From a virus, in the IMG/VR virus record IMGVR_UViG_3300035158_000183, positions 64,001 through 128,000 of that record: DNA of 64,000 bases. The stretch is one strand, 5' to 3'. Shown here piece after piece: positions 1 to 9,594 of this stretch (the first letter of the stretch is position 1; every line of letters starts with the position of its first letter). The translations under genes and the position numbers were made by a program. The notes beneath the pieces were generated by a model. That model saw only the letters and a list, made by a program, of their open reading frames with translations, had not been told where the DNA came from and did not search any database.

Positions 1-1064
1 ACGAAGTTCTGCTTATCGTAGCTATCTGGAGATATATAGTGTACGCCGTTTCCCAGCCCACACCATAGGGGGTCGTAAGATTTCATACCACTAATGATCA
101 TACGAAGCGTGGGTTCAGGGGAGGCATATTCGTACTCATACTCGTGGGCGCCCACTATAAAGGTTAAAGACACAGATAAGTCTTGAGCATCGCCGGTATA
201 AGGAGACTTATTGTCGACCATAATCTCAATCTCATCATCAAAGTCTACCGCATACTGGGCATCATCCACATCCACCCCTGTAGATGCAGGATCTGCTGCC
301 GCGTTTACATCCACTCCCTCGCCAGAGTTTGTGGTGAATACAGCATTCCCCCCAACGCTGATATTGACCCTTGGATCGGTGCTTGAGTCGGCTGCGTCAC
401 ATTTGGCTGCCATCCTAACTAGATGGGCCTCGCCCATATGCCACCTGATATACTGTTCCTCCTGGTTCTGAAGAGCCTGGGTATCGTCTGCATTATTAAA
501 GTTACCAGCTATCTTAAAGTCCATTTGGAAGCATCTAGCTGGGTCTCCATACTGGACCTCGTCTACCTTGACAATCTCGTATACATCACCATCATCCCAG
601 TCATCCTCACTGCCACCTGAAAGAGTAGCCGCTACCCATTCGTGGTCATTGCTAGTTATTGTTCCGCTGCTACTATCGGTAATATTATAGATCGTACCAC
701 CCACTAACTCGCCAAAGTTCCAGGGCCCAGATGAGTCTGTGAGATCACTACTATCGTTTCCGCCATCATGAGTGCCCGTCGAAATGATTCCGAATCTGCA
801 ACCCTCTACTGTCACTCGTAATGCTGTAGCCGACTGCTTGGCGACCGCAGTAACTATCGAATATCGCCAGAAACCATTGGTATTTCTAAATCGTATCGGT
901 GTGCCAGGCTGGAGAGCACTCATCATGCTAGGCGTCCAGTTGTTTACATCAAACTGGGTGTCGCTGACCCGCGCAATAGATGAGAGGTCGCCCCACGGCT
1001 TGAAGCTTTCCGACGACAATGGAGGAGAAAAACTATTCTGATTATCTGTTATGATATTTGTCAC
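1..1064 (-). CDS. Virion/tail-associated structural protein, partial (runs off the left edge)
   Basis: Not in the ORF track. Manual translation from GTG at 1064 (GGAGG 6 nt upstream) is open to position 1 (>=354 aa). Contains STGTHDGGNDSSDLTDSSGPWNFGELVGGTIYNITDSSSGTITSND...LSGGSEDDWDDGDVYEI, a beta-rich module of a type seen in phage tail/fibre proteins. Confidence 0.75.
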   Translation of the reverse strand, partial: MTNIITDNQNSFSPPLSSESFKPWGDLSSIARVSDTQFDVNNWTPSMMSALQPGTPIRFRNTNGFWRYSIVTAVAKQSATALRVTVEGCRFGIISTGTHDGGNDSSDLTDSSGPWNFGELVGGTIYNITDSSSGTITSNDHEWVAATLSGGSEDDWDDGDVYEIVKVDEVQYGDPARCFQMDFKIAGNFNNADDTQALQNQEEQYIRWHMGEAHLVRMAAKCDAADSSTDPRVNISVGGNAVFTTNSGEGVDVNAAADPASTGVDVDDAQYAVDFDDEIEIMVDNKSPYTGDAQDLSVSLTFIVGAHEYEYEYASPEPTLRMIISGMKSYDPLWCGLGNGVHYISPDSYDKQNF

Positions 1065-1076
1065 TTGATACCTCCA

Positions 1077-4000
1077 TTAGCCACCCTGGAGTCCGTGGTG
1101 CTCCACCACATCCAACGATCCATACCACCTAACGTCATCAGTCTCGTTGGAACCTTGATCAATAATAAATCTGATGCCAACACCATCCACTGCAACATCC
1201 AAGGTCCACTCTTCTTCGTAACCACTGATATTTGACCAGGCATAAGTATTTATATTTTTACCAATTAATACCTTAGTGCCATCATTCCTACAAGCCACCA
1301 GCACTTGGCCAGTCCAGCCCTTACCTGCCTGGTCCCTTGTCTGATCTGCACCAGTGGGCCTGGCGATCAGATTAATTACACAACCATAGACCTTATTCGG
1401 ATCCATGTATAGCCATCCGGTGCCTAGAGCTTGTTCGGGGTAGAGTTGCTGCGAGCCGCTACCATTAAAGGTATGACCAAAGAGATGAGTGGTTGAGCGC
1501 TGTGTCTCGCTTCCTGCACTCACAGTACCAGTGGCAATCGCGTGTACTTCTTGGCCCCACCACCTAGCCCGAGCATACCTACCCTTGGCTATGGAATAAT
1601 CTGTATTAGCACGACAGTCTTCACCCAGTGCCAGAGAGTTCTGTCCTGTCCCAAAAGCTTCCCATCCTATTGCAATACTTCCTTGGCCGTTAGTGCTGGC
1701 CCCATAACCTACTGCCACACAGTATTGACTATTAATCCCTATTGCTCCCTTGCCGATTACGACATTTCGGGATGAGTAAGACTTGCTCTCTGCTCCTATA
1801 ACAATATTCTCTACTCCATCATTCTCAAGCTGACGGCCGATAGAGATAGCATCTTGGTAGCTGACATATGTTTCATACCCGATAGCAATACCATATGTAG
1901 CACCAGAATCTGTTGAGGTCTGTGGCCCGATTGCTATAGCATAATTAGAAGCGACAGCAGCTGCTGCGCCGACAGCAACTCCCTGAGTACTATTTTCGAT
2001 ATTTGCACTGTACCCTACAGCTACAGCCTGATTCGAAGAGGCATCTATGATTGCCTCCGCTCCCAACGCCACAGCCTGACCGGATTCCACAGCTGCTTCT
2101 CGCCCTATCCCAATACTGTCTGTCGCCTGAGGGGATGCTGTGTATCCTATTCCTATACCGTCAGCTCCACTAACTGTCGCTGCTTGCCCTATCCCTATAC
2201 CTCTATCAGCCGATATATCTACTTGTCGACCAATCCCAATTGCATCCTGGCCAGCTGCGTTACCCTGCCTGCCTATTGTGATGGCATCTGTGGATGTATC
2301 AGAAACGACGTTGTAGCCAATTGCAATTGAGTAATCTGACGCGGCCTCTGCTAATGGCCCTAGAGCTACTGCGCCCATGCCAGTTGTACTGGTCGTGTTA
2401 CCAATGGCTATACCAGACTCGCCAGAATCTTCTACGTTTGCGTTGTAACCTATCGCAATGCCATATTGGCTTACCGCGCCCACTGCAGCTTGGTCGCCCA
2501 GGGCTAATGATGATGTGGATTCTGCGGAAGCAGATTGGCCAATGGCCATACTAGTTGTGCCGGTGGCTTCCGCACCATAACCTATAGCTATTGCATAGAT
2601 AGCCTGGACAGAAGCACTAGCACCCATAGCAATACTATAGTCTGCAGGATTGGGGGGAGCTGGAGCGGCCTCCGCGCCGTAGCCTATTACGACGGCCTGC
2701 TGGGCGACCTGTACACTGGTACCAGAACCAAGAGCTATCGAGTGATCCGAAGCATCATCTAATTCCGCACCCTGTCCTATGGCAAGACCGCTTACTGAAG
2801 CTGCCGTAGTGGTCAGACCTATTGCTATAGCATTGTCGGCTGATATAGCAGCACTGACACCCACGGCAATACCGAAGTCGGAGCCTGCTGATGCCCATCG
2901 TCCTATAGCCACCGCACTATCAGCACTTACCTCGCTATCAGCACCCAGAGCTATAGCACACGTCGAGCTAGTAGTGGCACCAGTACCTATTGATACTGAA
3001 GCCGACGTGCCTGCTATGGCTCCCCCGCCCACAGCAACGCAAGCTCCATCTGCACTAGAACTCGTGCCTATTGCCACAGGCGAAGAACCACCACTAGCAC
3101 TGGCAGAAAAACCCATTGCAATAGCATACTGGCCAGCTGTGGTGCTTCGTCCTATGGCGATACCGTCCAGGTTGTCTACTTCCGAACTACGACCAATAGC
3201 TATACCATCATTACCATATGATGCAGCTTGGTATCCTACTGCGATTGCATAGGCAGAGCTAGCATCAGCCTGATACCCAATAGCCGTAGTAAAAGGGGCT
3301 GCCGTGTCAGCAGAAGCGCCGATAGCGATTGAGCCTGTACCTGTAGCAGAACAATTATAACCTACTACTACACAGTTGGTCTGCAGCGCATCTGCTTGCC
3401 GTCCGATTGCAACACTATTACTGTTGTCGGCTACTGCACCCTCGCCAATGCTGACCGTCCTCAGGCCCGACGCTTCTGCATCCTTGCCTATAGCCACAGT
3501 ACCTGTTGCAGACGCTGCGGCTTGATATCCGACAGCAATAGTATATTCATCACTACCTTGAGCTATATAGCCTATTCCTATCGTATAATCATCGCCGGCA
3601 TCTCCAGCTTGATATCCTATTGCTATCCCGTAATGACCAGAGCTAGAGAATTGCGAGCCGATGCCGACACTATAGTCTCCATCAGTACTGGCCTGAGATC
3701 CTAGACCTATTGCCTCTTCGCCACTAGCACCTGCTTGGTTCCCGATAGCAGCCGCGCCCTCGCCACTAGCACTAGCCTGGTAGCCTAGAGCTAATGAGTT
3801 ATCTGCTGATGTGGTGGCTGATACGCCTGCCGCCAGGGAGGCTTCTCCAGAAGCATCTGCGTTCATACCAACAGCAGCAGCAAAGTCAGTATTAACCGTA
3901 GCGCCATGACCCAGAGCCAAACCGCTCTCGGCTGCTGCACCGGCACCATATCCGAATGCATGTCCGTAATCGACACTAGCTGAAGCATTCACACCTACTG

Positions 4001-5930
4001 CTGCTGCATTCTCCGCCGAGCTACTTACCTGAGCGCTAACACCTACAGCCACAGAGCCTTGGCCTTCTACTCCACAAGCATACCCCACAGCTACAGAGTT
4101 TTCCGAATTATCCTGGACACTTGTTTGGGTTCCGAACACCGCAGCATTATCAGCCGAGGTACCTACACTACAACTTCTTCCTACTGCAATTGCAGATTCA
4201 GAGTTACTAGCAGCGCTATAGCCCATTGCTACAGCATAATCTGCCGTGCCAGAACACACGTAACCTATAGCCACTACCTGCTCTGCAGTTGAGCTGGAAC
4301 TGTAGCCCACTACTGTGGAGGCACCATTGCTGGCACCGACTGTTGCTTGGTATCCTATAGCTATCGAATGGTCTGAGTCGGCTGCCACTTCCGCCGCGTT
4401 ACCAATTGCGTAACTGTAATTTGAGTACACTATCGCACTGGCGCCCAGAGCATACGAGTAGGATGCGGTCTCGGCCCCGGGTGCTTCTACCGAGGCCTGA
4501 TAGCCCAGAGCGTACGAATATGATGCATTTCCGCTAGCATTAGCTACTATAGAGGCGCTGTATCCCAACGCGTAACTATAACTAGTATTACCGCCAGTAT
4601 CACACTGGATCTTGGCCTGGTAACCGATAGCGAAGCTGCTGTTAAGAGTAGCCGATGTCGCCGCATCGACGTTGGCATCATCGCCGATAGCGAAGCAACC
4701 TGCAACAGCTGAATCCTGACCCGCACTTATCCAAGCAGCCCACCCAATAGCGAACGACGAACCTAATACAGCATCAGTGCCAGTAGTAGTGATATAGGAT
4801 GAAGTGCCAATGGCAAAACTGTTTCCAATAGCAGAATCTGTTGCTCCTGTGTCTGCTAAGACATAAGCGCCCGATCCTATGGCAAAGTTCCCATCTAGGT
4901 TAGTGCCATTCTCCTTAGCGTCTACGTAGGCAGTCGGGCCGAACGCTACTGAGTTTACTACTGCCCCAGTGCCTGACTGTTTAACTTCTGCTGTATGACC
5001 GATTGCAATAGACGATGCACCGTTCGTGAAAGCATCTGTACCAATAGAGATAGAATTATCGGAATCGCCACTACCATGGCTCGCGCCATACCCGATAGCT
5101 ACAGCAGCGTCACCCCATGACCTGGAGTCTGCACCGATTGCCACTCCTCTACTATTATAGACCGTGGCATTATACCCTATAGCTGTCCCCCAACTGGCAC
5201 TTATACTCGCCTCTGGGCCTATGGCAGTACCCAGTGTAGAGGTGCTGGCGTCGTAGCCTATAGCTATGCCTCTGTACCCGGCTGAAGTGCTATATCCGAA
5301 TGCGATGGCATGCTCGCCACTAGTGGTTGCCTGGTCCCCCAGGGCATATGAGTTCTCACCAGCTGCTGTGGAATTAGGTCCTATGGCGAATGAGTTATTT
5401 CCCGAAGCATCCGCACTGACACCCTTCCTCTGAGTAGAGTTGGAGCCGGAACCTGCTTCAAAGAGCCCCATCTCGGAGCGTAGCTCCCACTGTGCTGGTG
5501 GTGAAAGCGGGTCGTCTACAAAGACAGCATCATTATTCTCGTCGTCGACGTAACAGACCCAGCCCTCTTCTGGGGTCGTGGCCTTCCATACACCGCTCGT
5601 CCACTCCACAATATCATTAGCAGCTGCTCCGCCCCAGCCTGCGTGTGTGGTGCCTGTACTATCCAGAATATATCTATCGCCAGTACTTGGGCCGCCCGGG
5701 GGCGCTGCGGTATTATCACGAATTTCTATGACGCTAGCACGTCTATTCCCGCCCCCACTAGCAGCTTCCCAGCTGCCCACGGCGACACCATATACGTTAA
5801 TCTGGCGGACATACAGAACCTTATCAATATTATCAAGATAAAGATTACCTTTGACCGAAGAGGTGGGCGCACCGTTACCGAATTGAATCTTGGCCCAGTT
5901 GGCTCTATCTAATTTTGATCCGAGTGCCAT
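1077..5930 (-). CDS. Giant fibre/adhesin with YadA-like (Hep/Hag) head repeats and an N-terminal DUF2793-like module
   Basis: 1617 aa. About 1280 aa consist of ~14-residue repeats of the form A-x-G-x-x-S-x-A-I-G-x-x-A. The N-terminal PPGGPSTGDRYIL...W...NDIVEW...W...PEEGWVCYVDDE resembles DUF2793. No C-terminal autotransporter barrel. Confidence 0.85.
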   Translation of the reverse strand: MALGSKLDRANWAKIQFGNGAPTSSVKGNLYLDNIDKVLYVRQINVYGVAVGSWEAASGGGNRRASVIEIRDNTAAPPGGPSTGDRYILDSTGTTHAGWGGAAANDIVEWTSGVWKATTPEEGWVCYVDDENNDAVFVDDPLSPPAQWELRSEMGLFEAGSGSNSTQRKGVSADASGNNSFAIGPNSTAAGENSYALGDQATTSGEHAIAFGYSTSAGYRGIAIGYDASTSTLGTAIGPEASISASWGTAIGYNATVYNSRGVAIGADSRSWGDAAVAIGYGASHGSGDSDNSISIGTDAFTNGASSIAIGHTAEVKQSGTGAVVNSVAFGPTAYVDAKENGTNLDGNFAIGSGAYVLADTGATDSAIGNSFAIGTSSYITTTGTDAVLGSSFAIGWAAWISAGQDSAVAGCFAIGDDANVDAATSATLNSSFAIGYQAKIQCDTGGNTSYSYALGYSASIVANASGNASYSYALGYQASVEAPGAETASYSYALGASAIVYSNYSYAIGNAAEVAADSDHSIAIGYQATVGASNGASTVVGYSSSSTAEQVVAIGYVCSGTADYAVAMGYSAASNSESAIAVGRSCSVGTSADNAAVFGTQTSVQDNSENSVAVGYACGVEGQGSVAVGVSAQVSSSAENAAAVGVNASASVDYGHAFGYGAGAAAESGLALGHGATVNTDFAAAVGMNADASGEASLAAGVSATTSADNSLALGYQASASGEGAAAIGNQAGASGEEAIGLGSQASTDGDYSVGIGSQFSSSGHYGIAIGYQAGDAGDDYTIGIGYIAQGSDEYTIAVGYQAAASATGTVAIGKDAEASGLRTVSIGEGAVADNSNSVAIGRQADALQTNCVVVGYNCSATGTGSIAIGASADTAAPFTTAIGYQADASSAYAIAVGYQAASYGNDGIAIGRSSEVDNLDGIAIGRSTTAGQYAIAMGFSASASGGSSPVAIGTSSSADGACVAVGGGAIAGTSASVSIGTGATTSSTCAIALGADSEVSADSAVAIGRWASAGSDFGIAVGVSAAISADNAIAIGLTTTAASVSGLAIGQGAELDDASDHSIALGSGTSVQVAQQAVVIGYGAEAAPAPPNPADYSIAMGASASVQAIYAIAIGYGAEATGTTSMAIGQSASAESTSSLALGDQAAVGAVSQYGIAIGYNANVEDSGESGIAIGNTTSTTGMGAVALGPLAEAASDYSIAIGYNVVSDTSTDAITIGRQGNAAGQDAIGIGRQVDISADRGIGIGQAATVSGADGIGIGYTASPQATDSIGIGREAAVESGQAVALGAEAIIDASSNQAVAVGYSANIENSTQGVAVGAAAAVASNYAIAIGPQTSTDSGATYGIAIGYETYVSYQDAISIGRQLENDGVENIVIGAESKSYSSRNVVIGKGAIGINSQYCVAVGYGASTNGQGSIAIGWEAFGTGQNSLALGEDCRANTDYSIAKGRYARARWWGQEVHAIATGTVSAGSETQRSTTHLFGHTFNGSGSQQLYPEQALGTGWLYMDPNKVYGCVINLIARPTGADQTRDQAGKGWTGQVLVACRNDGTKVLIGKNINTYAWSNISGYEEEWTLDVAVDGVGIRFIIDQGSNETDDVRWYGSLDVVEHHGLQGG
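1585..5420 (-). repeat. Array of roughly 85-90 degenerate YadA-head-like 14-aa repeats (amino-acid-level repeat)
   Basis: Recurring (S/A/G)-(I/V/F/Y)-A-(I/V/L)-G motifs at ~14-aa spacing, with a block of longer 20-22-aa units at about 4450-5000. The count is estimated from length. Confidence 0.85.
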
Positions 5931-5942
5931 GTAACGCCCCTC

Positions 5943-7388
5943 CTAGAATAGTGCGATAACTTCAATAACCGCTGCCCCTGTCCAGATTTGCACTGTATTA
6001 TTGTCTAAGTGTACCACATTCAAGTCCACAGCAGGCGAGCCATACATACCCCAGTAGTCCTGTTCTTCAGGTGTCACATCCAGGACATGGATAATTGGCT
6101 TCCGGCCGGTTCCGTGATTGATTACGACTGGCGTCTGCTCCCTCTCAGTCTCCGACAGATGTGAACGGTCGTAGCTATAATCCTGTCGCACTACTGTGGT
6201 CCCAATCCAGTTATAGAGTGCATTGTCTAGCTCACCGATAGCCGTCTCCAGAGGTGCATTCTGAGTCACATAGTTTGTATGAGCATAATCTGGTGTGGCA
6301 TCGGTATTGCTATCCATACCAGTGAAAGCTCGCACTACATCGAAGACAGCATCCGCACCAGTGTTAGTGTAGTGGACACCGTGTGGGTTGGTTGCTGAAA
6401 CTGTACCAGACCCCGTATAATTCACATGCTGCTGCAAGTTGACAGTCGGGTTTGGTGCCCAAGGCGAAACCGCATCACTATACCAGCTACTCGAGCCCTT
6501 GACAGCTTGGATCTCGTACCGTAGCCTCTTGACCTCATTCTCCAGGGAAGTGTACGGTCCCACACGAGCTTGAACTGCTGCCGCTGGGGGTGGAGGTTTG
6601 ATGTCAGTAAACGGGTGGGTGTGCGCCGCTACCGGAAGACCAGCATGGCTCACACCTGCAGGATTGGCCCCCCAGCCACCTGATACATTGTGCAGCTTAA
6701 GTATCGCATCAAGCTGATCAGCTATACTATACTTGAGTGGCGTACCCAGCTGATATGTCGGATACACATCTGGGTCATAGATATCCTTATTCAGCTGTGC
6801 GACGTAGGTTTCTAGGGTACCGGTACGTGTGTCAAGGCTGCCCACTGCACCCACATAGGACCCGTCCCTATACCCTTCACCTATAGCTGCCCACAGAGGA
6901 TCCAGGTCCACCGTACCACCGGCAGCAGTTTCACCACTGACGTTGGCAATAGCCTCGTAAACGTCCTCAAACTTCTCAGCTATAGTCTTGGGTCTGTGGG
7001 TGGCAGAGTCCCAGTATCTCCCGTCAGCCTTAGTGGCGTCAGCGTCATTGAAGACGAATAGGGTAGACCCCTGTATGCCGTAGACAAAGCAGTCGATCTT
7101 CTCTGGGAGGCCCTTGCCAGCGGCCGTACTCCATCGTGCATCTGTGTTCCCTGCGGGCAGAGAATTGAGTATCGGATGAGTGTAATTTCTCCAATCACTA
7201 CGAATACTTTGGAGATTCTGCGCCACCGACCGGACAAAAGCATTGAGGTCTGAGGAGCTGATGGCTCCTGTGGACGGCGTATTAAATGAGAAAATAGTCC
7301 CACCGCCCTGACTCACCACGCTGGACGCACGGTTGGTTTCGGCGGCAGTTGCCATCCATGACCAGTTAAATCCGTATGAAGTCGCCAT
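5943..7388 (-). CDS. Tail fibre/baseplate-associated structural protein
   Basis: 481 aa. Has HTH(PFTDI) and NPHGV His motifs typical of trimeric fibres, short coiled coils, and a C-terminal INHGTGRKPIIHV...VVHLDNNTVQI module typical of phage fibre proteins. Confidence 0.6.
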   Translation of the reverse strand: MATSYGFNWSWMATAAETNRASSVVSQGGGTIFSFNTPSTGAISSSDLNAFVRSVAQNLQSIRSDWRNYTHPILNSLPAGNTDARWSTAAGKGLPEKIDCFVYGIQGSTLFVFNDADATKADGRYWDSATHRPKTIAEKFEDVYEAIANVSGETAAGGTVDLDPLWAAIGEGYRDGSYVGAVGSLDTRTGTLETYVAQLNKDIYDPDVYPTYQLGTPLKYSIADQLDAILKLHNVSGGWGANPAGVSHAGLPVAAHTHPFTDIKPPPPAAAVQARVGPYTSLENEVKRLRYEIQAVKGSSSWYSDAVSPWAPNPTVNLQQHVNYTGSGTVSATNPHGVHYTNTGADAVFDVVRAFTGMDSNTDATPDYAHTNYVTQNAPLETAIGELDNALYNWIGTTVVRQDYSYDRSHLSETEREQTPVVINHGTGRKPIIHVLDVTPEEQDYWGMYGSPAVDLNVVHLDNNTVQIWTGAAVIEVIALF

Positions 7389-7413
7389 ATTAGCCTCCGA
7401 GTTTAATTATACC

Positions 7414-9594
7414 CTAAACCCCTAGCTTGATTCTATACGACGAAAGTACTGGGCTGACTCCAGAGTCCTCTGTCCAGAGTCCGGCCTTAAGCCTAATATA
7501 TTGGTACATTTCGGCGTTAGAGGCGCCAGAGCGCCATTCCGCCACGAACAGTTCGTTAGACCAGTCCGTGTTGCTAGGGTCAAATTTGGCCACCACCGCC
7601 AGAACCGGGTTGGTTTCGTCTCCCACACCCCGCACGGCAAAGTATCCGTATTCCTGTATGTTATTCTCTAATTCGAACATGCTGGTTCGGGTAGCGTAGA
7701 ATTCCGCAGATCTGTCGGTACCGAGGTACTTCCTCTCACCCTTGAAATTAGTGCTATATGGGAAGCCTTCGATAACTAGTTTGTGGTTATGTGGGTATAG
7801 CGGATCTATAGCTCGCAGCTGCTCCTCATTCTGTAGAGTGGTACTGGGAAGCGCTGCTACCACAGCAATCAGATCCTCTGAAATATCCTTCCAATTATCA
7901 GCATCGGTGGCAAACTTATGTACGCCCTGTGATATTTTGACCACTCCGCTAGCCCTTGCCCCATCTATCACGCATTCCCTATCTCCGAAGTCTAGTAGTA
8001 TACCATCAGACGACACGACTTCGAAGTAGCATGTGTGCATGCTGCCGTCTATCCCCCAGCCCCGTGGATTGCCGCGCACCGTGAGGATGTCGGGATAGTC
8101 CGTGATGTCCTTGTGTCTCACATTTCTCCACACCACCACACTCCCACCTACAGGATCTGGGTCCTCATCTGGACTGATAATAATAGCTGTATTCACCACG
8201 CCATAGCTAATGCTCTTGAACCTATAGCCGAGAAGACTATCCCCTAAAGTAGCATTACTGAACGACCTGGTCAGCTTCATTTGTGCCCTGTCTGCTGTGG
8301 CTGTCTCGTCCAGAAGGTCCGTGTCGGTATCAGAGAGGTTGTCTTTCCAGTCTGCGCCGCTCAGGTTTATAATCTTAGGGTACAGTATCTCGTCGCTGTC
8401 TGCTGCCAGTATATTGAACCAGTCAGTCCAGGTAGAGTTGTCCTTCGAGGCTGAGATATAGTAATTAATACCTGTATTATCCGGTAGTTCCGAGCATACC
8501 TCCAGGGCTACCAGGGAGAAACGTACGGGATTCCCCTCCGCATTGAAGGCCTGGAGCCCCTGGGTGATCAGTGTATCACCGACTGAATCTGTGTAGTTGT
8601 TGCCGTAGAAGTGGATATGCGAGGCTGCGAACATATACTCATTAGCGGGGTTGTCCGGAGCAGGCTTGCGAAAGATGAACTTCACCCATCGCATTGTAGT
8701 CATCGGAAATAACCAGGACATATTTCTGCTGAGCGACTTGGTAGCCTCAGCAGTCCGCACCAAGCTCCAGGTATAGCCATCCTCTGACACCATACAGGTT
8801 ACAGTCGACTTGGTGGTGCCCAGCGGACCCACGAATCTCATAGTAATCTTGGATACTTCCAGGTCCTCATTGGCCAGCTTAGCCTTCAGCTCACAGACTA
8901 CCTCGCCTCCAGTATCCGAGTACACCTTACCCACCCAAGCAGAGTTATCGGCCTTGAAGATGTTGGAGAGGGCGTTGCCTTCATTGGTTGTGGTATACGC
9001 TATCCCTGGTCGAGTTGTAAGTGGTGAAAATGACACATCATTCTCGGTTATATCGGTGAGCTTGATGAGCGAGCCTGCATTCTCCAGCTCACTAAATGAA
9101 GGATCTATATAAACCGACGCTTCATGGAGATTAATCCTGGCTGTAGTCTCCTCGGTATCCACCTGGTTCATGTCAGCGAACACATCTCCTACAGCTGCAA
9201 AGAAGCCGGCTGTGTCCTGGTTCAGGAGCAGTAGCGCATCTACTCGATCCTCGAGCTTCCTGGCTGTCAAGCTGAGACGCTTTAGTTCTGTGGACCACCT
9301 GTCATAGAATCTGCTACTGGCCTCAGCTACTCTGTATATCTCGCGTGTCACAATACCCACATCCTGCGAGAACGTGTCAGCTATGCTCTGTATAAGGGCA
9401 GCGCTGGAATTGTTTCCGGAACCCACAGAGAAATCCATAGCCTTAGAAGTAGGCTCCTCTAGGTTAGGGTGCTCCTCCTGGTAGGCTGCCAAATCCGCTT
9501 CCAGCTGTTCTGCTGTGGGCACCTCACCGCTATACAGGTACTCCAGCATCAGCTGTTCGGTAATATACTCAGCATGCGTCTGGGCTAGGGACAT
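7414..9594 (-). CDS. Virion structural protein (coiled coil + discoidin-like beta-sandwich), paralogue 3 of a triplet
   Basis: 726 aa. Helical N-terminus, NALSNIFKADNSAW motif, C-terminal SPVLSSYRIK. Coupled to the upstream gene by a TAATG overlap. Confidence 0.6.
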   Translation of the reverse strand: MSLAQTHAEYITEQLMLEYLYSGEVPTAEQLEADLAAYQEEHPNLEEPTSKAMDFSVGSGNNSSAALIQSIADTFSQDVGIVTREIYRVAEASSRFYDRWSTELKRLSLTARKLEDRVDALLLLNQDTAGFFAAVGDVFADMNQVDTEETTARINLHEASVYIDPSFSELENAGSLIKLTDITENDVSFSPLTTRPGIAYTTTNEGNALSNIFKADNSAWVGKVYSDTGGEVVCELKAKLANEDLEVSKITMRFVGPLGTTKSTVTCMVSEDGYTWSLVRTAEATKSLSRNMSWLFPMTTMRWVKFIFRKPAPDNPANEYMFAASHIHFYGNNYTDSVGDTLITQGLQAFNAEGNPVRFSLVALEVCSELPDNTGINYYISASKDNSTWTDWFNILAADSDEILYPKIINLSGADWKDNLSDTDTDLLDETATADRAQMKLTRSFSNATLGDSLLGYRFKSISYGVVNTAIIISPDEDPDPVGGSVVVWRNVRHKDITDYPDILTVRGNPRGWGIDGSMHTCYFEVVSSDGILLDFGDRECVIDGARASGVVKISQGVHKFATDADNWKDISEDLIAVVAALPSTTLQNEEQLRAIDPLYPHNHKLVIEGFPYSTNFKGERKYLGTDRSAEFYATRTSMFELENNIQEYGYFAVRGVGDETNPVLAVVAKFDPSNTDWSNELFVAEWRSGASNAEMYQYIRLKAGLWTEDSGVSPVLSSYRIKLGV

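Noticed and set aside
1077-5930. Bacterial trimeric autotransporter adhesin
   Set aside because: No signal peptide, no neck or stalk, and no C-terminal beta-barrel anchor. It is embedded in a phage structural operon.
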